From: Oligoflexales bacterium
GTDB taxonomy: Bacteria; Bdellovibrionota_B; Oligoflexia; Oligoflexales; Bog-1112
Direction of reading: 5' to 3'
NCBI GenBank assembly: GCA_045105515.1
Contig: JBGCDR010000194.1
Span: 1 to 17,061, forward strand
Length of the DNA: 17,061 nt
A model generated the notes under the pieces. That model did no database searches. It had not been told where the DNA came from and saw nothing but the letters and a program-made list of their open reading frames with translations. A program made the position numbers and the translations under genes. Shown here one piece after another: positions 16,841-17,061 of the stretch. Position 1 is the first letter of the stretch. Every line of letters begins with the position of its first letter.

Positions 16841-17061
16841 GTATAAGTTAAAGCTAAATTTTCCTTAAAGCTACTTAACAAATCAAGATAAGTTTTAAAG
16901 TTTCTATCACTTAAATCTATATAGTGCCTGATTGGAAACACACCGCCGCCTTTGTATGTAAGGCTTAGAGCACTATAATCTTTAGCGAATTTCCCCAGTT
17001 TCTCTAAAAAGGATATAATTGTCGGAAAATCAAAAGATCTTGGGGGTGCCCATGCGCGCAA
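16774..17061 (-). CDS. Partial ORF running off the window edge, resembling a degenerate CheR segment and likely in the same gene as the cheB domain
   Basis: Open to the window end. LRAWA and GVFP...KTYL weakly recall CheR LRVWSA and GIYP...KKYF. Overlaps the cheB-frame ORF. Confidence 0.4.
   Translation of the reverse strand: MRAWAPPRSFDFPTIISFLEKLGKFAKDYSALSLTYKGGGVFPIRHYIDLSDRNFKTYLDLLSSFKENLALTYTWYITQRVSKIIYQRLLNTNLI

Overview
AT-rich bacterial chromosomal window with no rRNA, tRNA, CRISPR array or recognisable mobile element. Minus-strand genes encode a C26/class I glutamine amidotransferase-like hydrolase, D-cysteine desulfhydrase, an alpha/beta hydrolase, a small hypothetical, a START-domain protein, a vWA protein and a ~1,190-aa surface lipoprotein that is frameshifted in a G-tract. 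Four of these are preceded by sigma28 (FliA)-type promoter motifs. Three stand-alone plus-strand genes with signal-like N-termini follow. The first carries the three-repeat signature of the eukaryotic mitochondrial carrier (SLC25) family, which is the most unusual item here. The window ends with exported msrA/msrB behind an ECF-like promoter and an apparently frameshifted degenerate-CheR/CheB fusion running off the edge. Almost every protein has an export-like N-terminus. The gene mix suggests a Bdellovibrionota/Oligoflexia-like predatory or host-associated bacterium, but that assignment is inference only.
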